A stretch of DNA of 64,000 nt, taken from NCBI GenBank assembly GCA_963712295.1, contig CAVQHM010000029.1, positions 63,704 to 127,703 on the forward strand, written 5' to 3'. Under the pieces are notes generated by a model. That model worked only from the letters and a program-made list of their open reading frames with translations, was not told where the DNA came from and ran no database searches. Origin of the DNA: an uncultured Acidobacteriaceae bacterium. GTDB taxonomy: Bacteria; Acidobacteriota; Terriglobia; Terriglobales; Acidobacteriaceae. This document shows positions 9,461-18,903 of this stretch, in pieces (position 1 is the first letter of the stretch; every line of letters starts with the position of its first letter). The translations under genes and the position numbers were made by a program.

Positions 9461-10788
9461 CTACGGATACAGCCGATGCAGCATCCGCGGGAAGGGAATC
9501 GTCTCGCGCACGTGCTCCAGGCCGCAGATCCAGGCGACGGCGCGCTCGATGCCCATGCCGAAACCGGAGTGCGGGACGCTGCCGTATTTGCGGAGATCAA
9601 GATACCACTTGAAGGCTTCTTCGGGCAGATTGTGTTCGTGAATGCGCTGCAGCAGCAGGTCGTGCGAGGCCATGCGCTGCGATCCGCCGATGATTTCGCC
9701 GTATCCTTCCGGGGCCAACACGTCCACGCAGAGGGCGAGTTCGGGGCGCTGCGGATCGGGCTCCATGTAAAACGCTTTCACGCTGGCCGGATAGCGATGG
9801 ACCATAACCGGCCGGTCGTACAACGAAGATAGATAGGTTTCGTCGGGCGACCCGAGATCTCCGCCCCACTCGAACTTATTTTCGAGCACGCCTTGCGAGT
9901 GGCCTTCCTGCAACTTGCTCACAGCTTCGTCGTAGGTGATGCGCGGGAAGGGCGCCTCGATTTTTTCGAGCTTCGCAAGGTCGCGGCCGATGGTTTGCAA
10001 GTCAGGGCGGCGCCGCTCCAGGCATCGCTTAACCAGAAAAGTAAGCAGCCCCTCGGCTAGTTCCATCAGGTCGTCCAGCGTGCCATAGGCGACTTCCGGT
10101 TCGACCATCCAGAACTCAGTGAGGTGGCGGCGGGTCTTCGATTTTTCCGCGCGGAAGGTTGGACCGAATGAATAGACCTTGCCGAGCGCCATCGCCGTGG
10201 CTTCGATGTAGAGCTGGCCGGACTGTGTGAGGTAAGCCTGCTCTTCGAAGTAGTCGACGGGAAAGAGCGTGGAGGTTCCTTCGCAGGCGGCGGGCGTAAG
10301 GATGGGCGGGTCGGTGAGCGTGAATCCGTTCGTGTCAAAGAAATCGCGGGCGGCACGAATGATTTCCGCGCGCACGCGCAGAATGGAGGCTTGGCGCTGC
10401 GAACGCAGCCAGAGATGGCGGTGCTCCATCAAGAAGTCGACGCCGTGTTCTTTGGGAGTGATGGGGTAAGGAGTCGACTCGGGCACGCGTTGCACGACCT
10501 GGACGTTGGACACGTCGAGCTCATAGCCGCCAGGGGCGCGCTTGTCGGCGCGAACCTTGCCTTCGACGATGACGCTCGATTCCTGGGTCAGTCCTTTGAT
10601 GGCGTCGAAGACTTCGGGCGGAACCGCGTTCTTCGGGACTACTCCCTGGATGACGCCGCTTCCGTCGCGAAATTGAGGGAAGAGGAGCTTGCCGCTTTCG
10701 CGCAGGTTGTAGAGCCATCCGCGGATGGTGACGGACTGGCCTTCGTGGCCTGCCGATTTCTGCGATGGTGCTGATGGGTGCTAGACAT
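9461..10788 (-). CDS. asnS: Asparagine--tRNA ligase; N-terminal region frame-broken (one or two extra bases, 10745..10785)
   Basis: Class II motifs [21 protein letters not shown] and [15 protein letters not shown]. The OB-fold part [33 protein letters not shown] is in frame but has no start. [11 protein letters not shown] lies in the adjacent frame and an ATG TCT in the third. Confidence 0.88.
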
Positions 10789-10819
10789 AAAATTTGAGTG
10801 CGTACGCCACGCAACTTGC

Positions 10820-10910
10820 GGAAGTCAGAAGTGAGAAATCAAATTGCAGAAGTAAAACCGATGCGGTTAGCTGCTGGGGTTAACTTCTGCAATCTGACTC
10901 TCTCGACTTG
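10820..10910. repeat. Family D hairpin (TCAGATTGCAGAGGT ... ACCTCTGCAATCTGA type), degenerate copy
   Basis: Arms GAAGTCAGAAGTGAGAAATCAAATTGCAGAAGT and AACTTCTGCAATCTGACTCTCTCGACTT. It sits just after the stop of the TIM-barrel gene. Confidence 0.75.
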
Positions 10911-10913
10911 CTC

Positions 10914-11735
10914 TTACGAGCCTTCCAGCTTTTTGAAGGTCGCGCTCACTTCTTCGCCGGGGTTTTTCTTCTCTTCGCCGTCGATTTCCAGCAACAGGGG
11001 AGGCTTTTGCGGTGCGGTGCGCAGCAATTCCATGGTCTCGTTCCAGTCGATCGATCCGCTGCCCGGCCAGAGGTGCGAGTCCTTATCCTTATGGTTGTCG
11101 TGCACGTGGGTCGAGCAGATGTGGTTCTTCAAGATGGCGAAACCTTCGGGAATTCCCTCCATCATGTGGGAGTGGCCGCAATCGAAGCACACGCCGATGT
11201 CGTCGAAATGCATGGTCTTGATGAATTCGACCAAACGTTCCGGGGTGGACAATTCGTTGGGAATATTTTCCAGCAGCACGCGGACGCCGAGCGGCTTGGC
11301 GAAAGCCCGCAGGTGCTCGACCGAGGTCATGGCGTTCTCGAATTTCTTGTCGTCGAAGGTGTCATTGGGATTGCCGATGTGCTGCACCAGAAAGCGGAAT
11401 GGAATATGCTCGGCGATTTCGAGTGAGCGTTTGATCTCGTCCATGGCGTCGATGCGGTGGGCGCGGTCGATGGAGGCGATGTTCACCGGCGGCCCGCCCG
11501 TGCGTCCCCACTCGTAATCGGAATACAAAGGCGCGTGCACGGAATTGAGTGGAATGCCGGTGGAGCGGAACCATTCGGCAATTTCGCGGACATGCTGCTT
11601 GCGATTGGCGTAGTCGAAGTGCTGGCGGGCGGCGAAGATTTCAATCGCCTGGGCTCCCGCCTTGACGAGCTCGTCGAGCAAGCCCGGATGGAGCCGTTCC
11701 TTGACATAGACGTACGTCGATACCGCCCTCAGCAT
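10914..11735 (-). CDS. Sugar phosphate isomerase/epimerase (xylose isomerase-like TIM barrel) family protein
   Basis: 273 aa. Pattern AIEIFAARQHFDY...NSVHAPLY...VQHIGNP...ENIPNE...CFDCGHSHM is typical of the AP-endonuclease-2/TIM barrel family. Its ATG overlaps the ggt stop (TGATG). Confidence 0.7.
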   Translation of the reverse strand: MLRAVSTYVYVKERLHPGLLDELVKAGAQAIEIFAARQHFDYANRKQHVREIAEWFRSTGIPLNSVHAPLYSDYEWGRTGGPPVNIASIDRAHRIDAMDEIKRSLEIAEHIPFRFLVQHIGNPNDTFDDKKFENAMTSVEHLRAFAKPLGVRVLLENIPNELSTPERLVEFIKTMHFDDIGVCFDCGHSHMMEGIPEGFAILKNHICSTHVHDNHKDKDSHLWPGSGSIDWNETMELLRTAPQKPPLLLEIDGEEKKNPGEEVSATFKKLEGS

Positions 11736-13472
11736 CAGTAACCTACCGCCTTCCCATTGTTCCGTCCGTCGCTGGCCCCGAGTCGCTCGCCGGTTTTGGG
11801 GTCAATCATGATGCACTCTCCGTCTCCCCAGAAATGCTCGACCTTCAGCTTGTGCCCTTTGGAACGCAGAACATTCATTGTATCGGGAGAGAGGCGGTCC
11901 TCCACGAAAATCTCATCGGGGAGCCACTGATGATGAAACCGCGGTGCGTTGACGGCTTCCTGAATGTCGAGCGAGAAATCGACGACACCGATGAGGATAT
12001 TGGCGACGGTGGTGATAATGGTGGGGCCGCCGGGCGAGCCGAGAACCAGGAAGAGCTTGCCGTCTTTGAGCACGATAGTAGGCGTCATGGCGGAAAGCGG
12101 CCGCTTGCCGGGGCCGATGGCGTTAGCTGGACCCTGGATCAGACCGTAAGTATTGGGGACACCTTGTTTGGCGGCGAAGTCGTCCATCTCGTCGTTGAGC
12201 AGGAAGCCAAGGCCCTCGGCGGTGACGCGGGAGCCGAAAGAGTCGTTGAGCGTCGTGGTGACCGAAACCGCATTGCCGTCGGCGTCGACGACGGAATAGT
12301 GCGTGGTGTTCTCCGGTTCGCGAATGGCGGCGACCCGCGACTGGGCAACGCGCTCCAGTTCAGCGAAGGCCGGACGTTTCAGGTCCTTGCTCACGCTGGC
12401 GTGGGCGGGATCGATGGAGTCGCGCCATGCGGCCGCGTACTTCTTGTCGATGAGCTGCGCGACAGGCACTTTGGCAAAATCGGGATCGCCCATGAAGTCG
12501 GTGCGATCGTAGAAGGCGCGGCGAAACGCTTCGGCTTCGAGGTGAATCGCGCCGGCGGAGCGGTTGCCCAATTTCGCGAGATCGAAACCTTCCAGGATGT
12601 TGAGGATTTCGATAAGCGCCACTCCGCCGGAAGATGGCGGCGGAGCGCTGATGATGTCGTAGCCGCGATAGGAGCCGCGAATGGGCTCGCGCTCCTTGAC
12701 CTCGTAGGCGGCGAGGTCGGCGGCGGTGACCAGGCCTCCACCTTTGTGGATGGCTGCGGCCAGTTCACGAGCCATGGCACCGTGGTAGAAGTCGTCGGGA
12801 TTTTTGGCGATGCGCTCGAGTGTGCGGGCAAGTTCAGGCTGCTTGAATACCTCGCCGGGCTGGTAGTAGTTTCCGTCTGCGCTGGAAAATGCGTTTCGAT
12901 TCGGAAAACTCGCTGAGGTACTCGTCTTTTTTCAAATCTTGTGTATCTTCATAGGCCAGCGGGAAGCCCTCGCGGGCCAGCTTGATGGCGGGAGCGATTA
13001 CCTTTTCCAGCGACAGCTTGCCATATTTCTTTTCCGCGTAAACCAGTCCGGCAACCGAGCCGGGGACGCCTACGGACCTGTATCCGACGACGCTGGAACC
13101 CTTGTTGGAGTCTGGGAGAACGTTGCCCTGAGCGTCCAGATACATGTTTTCGGTGGCCGCGGCGGGCGCCTTTTCTCGGAAGTCGATGAAATGAATTTCG
13201 CCGTTGGCGCTGCGGAGAAGAAGGAAACCGCCTCCCCCAAGATTTCCGGCTTGGGGGTGAACGACGGCCAGTGCGAAGCCGGTGGCGACGGCGGCGTCGA
13301 CGGCATTGCCTCCGGATTGCAACATCTCAACCCCGGCGCGCGAGGCAAGCTCGTGGACGCTGGTGACGATGGCGTGCGGAGCGTGCGTCGGGCGCAACGG
13401 CGCGGCCGAGGCGGTCGAGGCTAGTAGAGCACACAGGCTGCAGAGGATCAGTAGAGTACGTTGAATGTGCAT
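11735..13472 (-). CDS. ggt: Gamma-glutamyltransferase; frame broken by one extra base in an A/T run near 12887..12890
   Basis: The N-terminal ORF 12834..13472 has a signal peptide and GGNAVDAAVA. The C-terminal ORF 11735..12775 has the catalytic-Thr region ENTTHYSVVDADGNAVS. The intervening SADGNYYQPGEVFKQPELARTLERIAKNPDDFYHGA is readable in the C-terminal frame. Confidence 0.88.
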
Positions 13473-13521
13473 GAAATGGGTGAAGTATGAGGCTAGCTTA
13501 GCGAGTTACGGGAGTCAAACC

Positions 13522-13549
13522 CGTGTGGCGCGGGCGCCCCCGCCCGCGT
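13522..13549. repeat. Family E palindrome, intergenic twin of the ddl copy
   Basis: 28/28 identity with 3088..3115. Confidence 0.85.
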
Positions 13550-13637
13550 TCCGTGTCCGCGCCACCGCGGTATGGAGAAGCAAAGAACACAGGACGACTC
13601 TTCCACCAAACAGGCAGGCAATTCCAGAAAGACATGT

Positions 13638-14012
13638 TCACTTTTTGCAGCGCTGCCGTGGCTTCTTTGTTTGCTTTTTCTTCTTCTTTGGTGCATTGGC
13701 CGCTACCAATTCGTAGGACTGGCGAATGAGGGCCTCGAGTTCGTCGGCGGACACGACGTTGGAGTGCTCGAGAAGAATCCATTTATAGCGGCCGACATAA
13801 GGGGCTGGCGCGATGCCTTCGATTTCGAGCAGGTCGTGGAATTGTTCCGGTGCCGACTTGAGGGTGACTGGGGCGAGACTGCCTTCGGAAAGATCCACGA
13901 TAGCGAAGATCTTGCCGCGCACTTTGAAGCAGAGGTTGTCGCCCCACTGCAGCTTCTCGGTCGCGTCGGGGAAGGAAAGGCAGAGTTCGCGGAGCCATTC
14001 GGCGTCGGGCAT
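13638..14012 (-). CDS. MmcQ/YjbR family DNA-binding protein with Lys-rich tail
   Basis: MPDAEWLRELCLSFPDATEKLQWGDNLCFKVRGKIFA...PAPYVGRYKWILL fits the YjbR-like family. The upstream part of the ORF (to 14090) is translated repeat, so the ATG at 14012 is preferred. Confidence 0.65.
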   Translation of the reverse strand: MPDAEWLRELCLSFPDATEKLQWGDNLCFKVRGKIFAIVDLSEGSLAPVTLKSAPEQFHDLLEIEGIAPAPYVGRYKWILLEHSNVVSADELEALIRQSYELVAANAPKKKKKQTKKPRQRCKK

Positions 14013-14058
14013 GGGGGTGATGATAGCGCGTCGCGCTCTGTCAGAAGCGGGCAAGTTC

Positions 14059-14088
14059 ACGCGGGCGGGGTCGCCCGCGTCCACACAC
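14059..14088. repeat. Family E palindrome
   Basis: ACGCGGGCGGGGTCGCCCGCGTCCACACAC, inverted orientation of the GTGTGG...type unit. Confidence 0.75.
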
Positions 14089-14096
14089 AAAACGAA

Positions 14097-15236
14097 CTAC
14101 ACCTGCTCTCTTGCCTCCCCCAGCACTACCGACACCTCCAGCTGCTTCTTGCCGCGGAAAATGGTCACTTTCACCGTGTCCCCGGCCCGGTGCTTGTTCA
14201 TGACCTGGGCGAGGATTTGCTGGCTGTCGACCTTTTCTCCGTCGATGGCGACGATTAAATCTCCACCGATCATGATGGGAATGTTGCCGAGGTAGGCGCG
14301 TTCGCTTCCGCCGCGCAATCCAGCGCGGTCGGCGGAGCCTCCGGGAACGGCTTGCACGATGAGCAGTCCGTAGTCGGCGGCCAGGCTCAGTTCCCCAGCA
14401 ATTTCCGGATCAATGGGAATCGTGCGAACACCAAGCGCGGGACGTCGCACCCGTCCGAGGGTAACGAGATCGTTGAGCACGGCTTTGGCGGTGTTGATCG
14501 GGATGGCGAAGCCAATGCCGGCGCTTTGGCCGACGCTGGAGGCGATCATGGTGTTGATGCCGATGACTTCTCCGTGCCAATTGAGAAGCGGGCCTCCGGA
14601 GTTGCCGGGGTTGATGGCGGCGTCGGTCTGGATGGCTTCTTCGATCACCATGCCGTCGGGCTCTTGCACCTGGCGGATCGAACTGACGATGCCCCGGGTC
14701 AGCGTGCCGGCGAGGCCGAAGGGATTGCCGATGGCGTAGACTTTCTGGCCGACTTGCAGGTTGCTCGAGTCGCCGAGCGTCATGGGCTGGAGATCGGCAG
14801 CTTTGATCTGGATCACGGCTAAGTCATGCGCGCGGTCGCTGCCGACGATGGTGGCCTTATATTTCTTGCGATTGTGGAGCGTGACCCAGACCTCACGCGC
14901 ATCGGCAATGACGTGATAGTTGGTGAGGATGTGCCCTTCTTTGTCGATGACGAAGCCCGAGCCCTGGCCTTCCTGCGGCACCAGCCCGTAGAAAAAGTCG
15001 AAGGTCATAACGCGCGAAGTGATGTTAACAACGGCTCCAATGTTCTTGTGGTAGACGCCGATGTTGTTCTGCTCTTCGGCGTCGAACCCTTCGCCGCTGG
15101 CGGCTTCGGTGATCTCCACGTGCTGCGGACGGCTGATCCAGTTGGCGGGATGGAGACGTCCGTTGCGATAGGTGGTGAAGTAGAAGAAAGCGGAGGCCAG
15201 AACAATCGCAAAAACAAAAGGACGAAAAAATCTCAT
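14097..15236 (-). CDS. S1C (HtrA/DegP-type) serine protease with PDZ domain
   Basis: N-terminal TM segment, catalytic region TDAAINPGNSGGPLLN, and a C-terminal PDZ-like segment. Confidence 0.88.
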   Translation of the reverse strand: MRFFRPFVFAIVLASAFFYFTTYRNGRLHPANWISRPQHVEITEAASGEGFDAEEQNNIGVYHKNIGAVVNITSRVMTFDFFYGLVPQEGQGSGFVIDKEGHILTNYHVIADAREVWVTLHNRKKYKATIVGSDRAHDLAVIQIKAADLQPMTLGDSSNLQVGQKVYAIGNPFGLAGTLTRGIVSSIRQVQEPDGMVIEEAIQTDAAINPGNSGGPLLNWHGEVIGINTMIASSVGQSAGIGFAIPINTAKAVLNDLVTLGRVRRPALGVRTIPIDPEIAGELSLAADYGLLIVQAVPGGSADRAGLRGGSERAYLGNIPIMIGGDLIVAIDGEKVDSQQILAQVMNKHRAGDTVKVTIFRGKKQLEVSVVLGEAREQV

Positions 15237-15241
15237 CGTGG

Positions 15242-17134
15242 TTACTCCCTGAAAGCCTGTAGCTTGAATTCTAGCGAAAAGTGGAATTTACCGCAGAGGA
15301 CGCTGAGTACGCGGGGTAAACATAGGATTGTAGGGGCGGTAGCCTCATCAGTCAAAGGGGCACAGGTGAAATCAAATACAAGAGAATCTCTGCGTACTCG
15401 GCGTTCTCCGCGGTTCAAGCGCTTTGGCCTGCCCCAGCCACCGCCGCCAGGCGATTCGATTCGCACTCTTTCCCCGGAACGCAGGCGAACGCTGGTCTTG
15501 CCGGGGATTTCTTCCGCAGAACCGTCCCTTCGGATGATCAGGGTGCGGCCGGGAGCGCCGTCGGCTCCTCCGGCTAGGCCGTAGGGCCCGCGAGAACGCC
15601 GGTCGGCGAGCAGGGTGACCTGGGCATCGGTTAAGACTTCGATTTCCCGCACGATTCCATCGCCACCGGCGTGAAGGCCCGCGCCTCCACTTTGGGAGCG
15701 AAAAGAATATTGCCGCAGGCGCACCGGGTACGCGTATTCCAGGGCCTCGGCGGGAGTATTCAGGGAATTGGTCATGTGGGTGTGGACGCCCGAGACCCCG
15801 TCCTTATTGGGGCGCGCGCCCATGCCCCCGGCGATGGTCTCGTAATAAGCGAAGGGCTGCTGGGAGCGCGGGTCATTCTTCAGAGAATCAGTGCTCAGAG
15901 AATCAGTGCTTCGTGAATCCGTGCCGCCGATGGTGAGGTTGTTCATGGTGCCGGCGGCGGCGGCCGGGATGCGCTCGGGAATCGCCTGCGCCAGCGCTTT
16001 CAGCAGCACGTCGACAATCCGCTGCGAAGTTTCCACGTTGCCACCCGCTACGGCGGCCGGAGGCCTGGCATTAACCACGGTTCCCGATGGCGCGACGACG
16101 CGGATGGGACGCATCAGACCGGAGGTCGCGGGCACGTCTTCGCGGAGCAGGCAACGAAAGACGTAGAAGCAAGCCGAGTACGTAATGGCTTCGACCGCAT
16201 TGATCGCGCCTTCGACTTGAGGGTCGCTGCCAGTGAAGTCGATGGTGACTTGGGCGGCGGGCGGCTTCTTGCTCGATGCTGAGGGAGACGCGGTAAGCCG
16301 CGTCTCTACAGGGGATTTCTTGACGGGCGCGACTTGGATCGTCACGGCTATGCGCACGGGTTTGTCTTCGACGCCGTCGTCATCGAGAAAGTCTTCGGCC
16401 TGGTAGCGGCCCGGCGGGATAGTACGCAGAAAGGCTCGCATCATTTCTTCGGAATAGACCAGCAGATCGGCGGCGGCCTTTTTCACGCGGGCGATTCCGT
16501 AGCGGTCGCAGATTTCACGAAGGCGCTGGGCGCCGGTCTGGCAAGCGGCGATCTGGGCTCCGAGATCGCCTTCGCGTTCTTCGGGAGTGCGGACGTTGTT
16601 GAGGAGCAGGGCCAGCACATCGGCAACCAGCTTTCCGCCGCGCATAATCTTAACCGGCGGAATGCGGAGCCCTTCCTGGTAGATTTCGCGGCAGGGACCC
16701 ATCGAGCCAGGGTAAGTTCCGCCCACATCGGCATGGTGAGCGCGAGAAGCGACGTAGAAGTCGGGCGTTGTTGTGTGGGGCGGGCGCCCTCGCCCGCCGC
16801 TCTTGCCTTTGCGGATGTACACCGGCATGACCAACGTGATGTCAGGCAGGTGCGTACCGCCGCGAAACGGATCATTGAGCATAACGACGTCGCCGGGTTC
16901 GAGCTCACACTGTTCCACCGCCGCGGCGACCGACATAGGCATGGAGCCCAGGTGTACCGGCATGTGATCGCCCATGGCGATGACCTGGCCCGCGGAATCG
17001 AAGACGGCGCACGAGTAGTCGCGGCGCTCTTTAATGTTGGGAGAGAACGAGGTGCGGCGCAGGGCCGCCCCCATCTCCTCGGCGATTGAATGGTAAAGGT
17101 TCTTGAAAACCTCGAGTTCGACGGGATCACGCAT
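15242..17134 (-). CDS. hyuB: Hydantoinase B/oxoprolinase family protein (C-terminal tail is translated repeat)
   Basis: MRDPVELEVFKNLYHSIAEEMGAALRRTSFSPNIKERRDYSCAVFD and PGGGGWG near the usual C-terminus. The last 55 codons or so run through the family F inverted repeat. Confidence 0.85.
   Translation of the reverse strand: MRDPVELEVFKNLYHSIAEEMGAALRRTSFSPNIKERRDYSCAVFDSAGQVIAMGDHMPVHLGSMPMSVAAAVEQCELEPGDVVMLNDPFRGGTHLPDITLVMPVYIRKGKSGGRGRPPHTTTPDFYVASRAHHADVGGTYPGSMGPCREIYQEGLRIPPVKIMRGGKLVADVLALLLNNVRTPEEREGDLGAQIAACQTGAQRLREICDRYGIARVKKAAADLLVYSEEMMRAFLRTIPPGRYQAEDFLDDDGVEDKPVRIAVTIQVAPVKKSPVETRLTASPSASSKKPPAAQVTIDFTGSDPQVEGAINAVEAITYSACFYVFRCLLREDVPATSGLMRPIRVVAPSGTVVNARPPAAVAGGNVETSQRIVDVLLKALAQAIPERIPAAAAGTMNNLTIGGTDSRSTDSLSTDSLKNDPRSQQPFAYYETIAGGMGARPNKDGVSGVHTHMTNSLNTPAEALEYAYPVRLRQYSFRSQSGGAGLHAGGDGIVREIEVLTDAQVTLLADRRSRGPYGLAGGADGAPGRTLIIRRDGSAEEIPGKTSVRLRSGERVRIESPGGGGWGRPKRLNRGERRVRRDSLVFDFTCAPLTDEATAPTILCLPRVLSVLCGKFHFSLEFKLQAFRE
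15285..15418. repeat. Family F inverted pair inside the 3' end of the hyuB ORF
   Basis: TACCGCAGAGGACGCTGAGTACGC (15288..) and GCGTACTCGGCGTTCTCCGCGGT (..15412) are inverted copies. Confidence 0.7.
15881..15925. repeat. 15-bp tandem repeat x3 in frame in hyuB
   Basis: CAGAGAATCAGTGCT x2 plus degenerate TCGTGAATCCGTGCC, encoding TDSRS TDSLS TDSLK. Confidence 0.85.
16771..16797. repeat. Family E palindrome inside the hyuB reading frame
   Basis: TGTGTGGGGCGGGCGCCCTCGCCCGCC, translated as part of GKSGGRGRPPHTTTP. Confidence 0.8.
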
Positions 17135-17164
17135 GTGAAAAAAGAGTGTACGCCAAAACGTACA

Positions 17165-17309
17165 GGAGGTCAGAGGTCAGATTGCAGAGGTTAACCAACA
17201 TCTGCCGCACAGGGAACTGGGGAACCGAGAATTGGCTTTCCACTTCTGCAATCTGACTTCTGCAATTCTGGTTTCACCTCTGCAATCTGACCTCGTACCT
17301 CTGACCTCC
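17165..17309. repeat. Family D hairpin in the divergent hyuB/sppA intergenic region
   Basis: Arms 17165..17191 and 17276..17309, plus an extra internal arm copy at 17241..17270. Confidence 0.85.
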
Positions 17310-17329
17310 GGTGCTACACTTCTCTAATT

Positions 17330-18238
17330 ATGGCGGAAGGGCGTTCCCGAATCTGGATATGGTTTCTGGTGGGCGGCGGGTTGTTCGCGCTGTTCGTGGT
17401 GGCCGTGTTTACGCTGGTCTATCTGAGCTTTGGCGGCCAGGAGGAAGCATCGTTTACGGGCTTCGGCTCCAAGATCGCCGTGGTCGAACTCGATGGCGTA
17501 ATTTTCTCCCCCAAGCAGATCGTGCCCCAGCTCAAAAAGTTTGCCGATGACGATTCCGTCAAGGCCATCATCATCCACGTGAATTCGCCGGGAGGCGGCG
17601 TGGCCGCATCCGAAGAAATCTATCGCGAAGTGAAGCGGATCCGCGACGAAAAGAAGAAGCGCATCGTGGCTTCGATTGAGACCGTGGGCGCGAGCGGCGC
17701 ATATTACGTGGCGTCGGCGACCAACAAGATTTATGCGGACAAGGGCAGCGTGGTGGGATCGATCGGAGTGATTGCCGAATGGGTGAATTACGGCGAACTG
17801 CTGAAGTGGGCGAAACTGAACGCGATCACCATGAAGGCGGGCGAATTCAAGGACACAGGCAGCCCGACGCGCGAAATGACTCCCGCGGAGCGCGAGTACA
17901 TGCAGGGCTTGATCGACAACATGCACACGCAGTTCATCCAGGCGGTGGCCGACGGCAGGCACGCGAAAGAGGCCGACATCCGCGCCTTCGCGAACGGAAA
18001 AGTCTGGACCGGCCAGCAAGCGGCGGATCTGAAACTGGTGGATCAGATCGCGGATTTCGAGGGCGCGGTGAAGGACACGGCCCAGGCAGTGAATATTTCC
18101 GGCGAGCCGACGTTAGTCTACCCCCCGAAAGAACGGCGCTCGGGACTTGACTTGTTGTTTGGCGATGTTTCCGACTATTTGCCCACCCGGGAGAAGCTCT
18201 TGGAACAGCAGGTAGGGTTTTATTATCTGTGGAAATAG
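17330..18238 (+). CDS. sppA: Signal peptide peptidase SppA (36K type, S49 family)
   Basis: N-terminal TM segment, IAVVELDGVI, IIIHVNSPGGGVAASEEI, and GASGAYYVASA with the catalytic Ser context. Confidence 0.88.
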   Translation: MAEGRSRIWIWFLVGGGLFALFVVAVFTLVYLSFGGQEEASFTGFGSKIAVVELDGVIFSPKQIVPQLKKFADDDSVKAIIIHVNSPGGGVAASEEIYREVKRIRDEKKKRIVASIETVGASGAYYVASATNKIYADKGSVVGSIGVIAEWVNYGELLKWAKLNAITMKAGEFKDTGSPTREMTPAEREYMQGLIDNMHTQFIQAVADGRHAKEADIRAFANGKVWTGQQAADLKLVDQIADFEGAVKDTAQAVNISGEPTLVYPPKERRSGLDLLFGDVSDYLPTREKLLEQQVGFYYLWK

Positions 18239-18325
18239 CGAGTTCCCAGTTCTCAGTTCCCAGTTCTCAGTAAGGGCAGTTGGCGCCGTTTCTGAGAACT
18301 GAGAACTGGGAACTGAGAACTTTTT
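18239..18325 (+). terminator. Rho-independent terminator formed by a family C hairpin
   Basis: About 30-nt arms at 18239..18270 and 18292..18320, followed by TTTTT, immediately after the sppA stop. Confidence 0.8.
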
Positions 18326-18435
18326 CTCAGGTGCCCACTTCCCCACTTGCATAGAACCCCTTAAATTTGAGAAGGTTATAGGCAGGCGCACGGCGGACAG
18401 CGAGGCGGCAACGCCCCCAAGGGAGCAAAAGGCTT

Positions 18436-18765
18436 ATGACGAAGGCTGACCTGATCGAAGAAGTTTCCCGGCTGGCGGAACTCACCCGCAAAGACAGCGA
18501 AGTGATTGTGGACACGATCTTTGACAGCGTGGTGCGCTCGCTGCGGGTGGGCGACAAGATCGAAATCCGCGGTTTTGGCAGCTTCCGCACGCGCCAGCGC
18601 AAGCCGCGCGTGGGCCGGAACCCGAAAACCGGCGACCGCGTGGAAGTTCCGGCAAAGAAAATTCCATTCTTCAAGCCCAGCAAGGAATTGAAAGACCTGG
18701 TGAACAACAGCGTACCTGCGGAAGTTGCTCCCACGGTGCCGCCCACGCCACCCAACGCGCACTAA
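18436..18765 (+). CDS. Integration host factor beta-like (HU/IHF family) DNA-binding protein
   Basis: IEIRGFGSFRTRQRKPRVGRNPKTGDRVEVPAKKIPFFKPSKELK. Confidence 0.88.
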   Translation: MTKADLIEEVSRLAELTRKDSEVIVDTIFDSVVRSLRVGDKIEIRGFGSFRTRQRKPRVGRNPKTGDRVEVPAKKIPFFKPSKELKDLVNNSVPAEVAPTVPPTPPNAH

Positions 18766-18903
18766 ATAGCGCGCACAGCCCCAAAGTCCATCACCACTAG
18801 TCCATCACCATTAATGCGCGGCGGCTTTGCGGCATCGCGCGTGCGATCCGCCGATGCGAAGCCGGAACGAATCGAAAACCCAAGCGGTGGTTTCGAGCAA
18901 TTC

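Noticed and set aside
15242-17134. Missing hyuA partner as evidence of a novel stand-alone HyuB system
   Set aside because: Absence from a 64-kb window says nothing about the rest of the genome. The partner may be encoded elsewhere.
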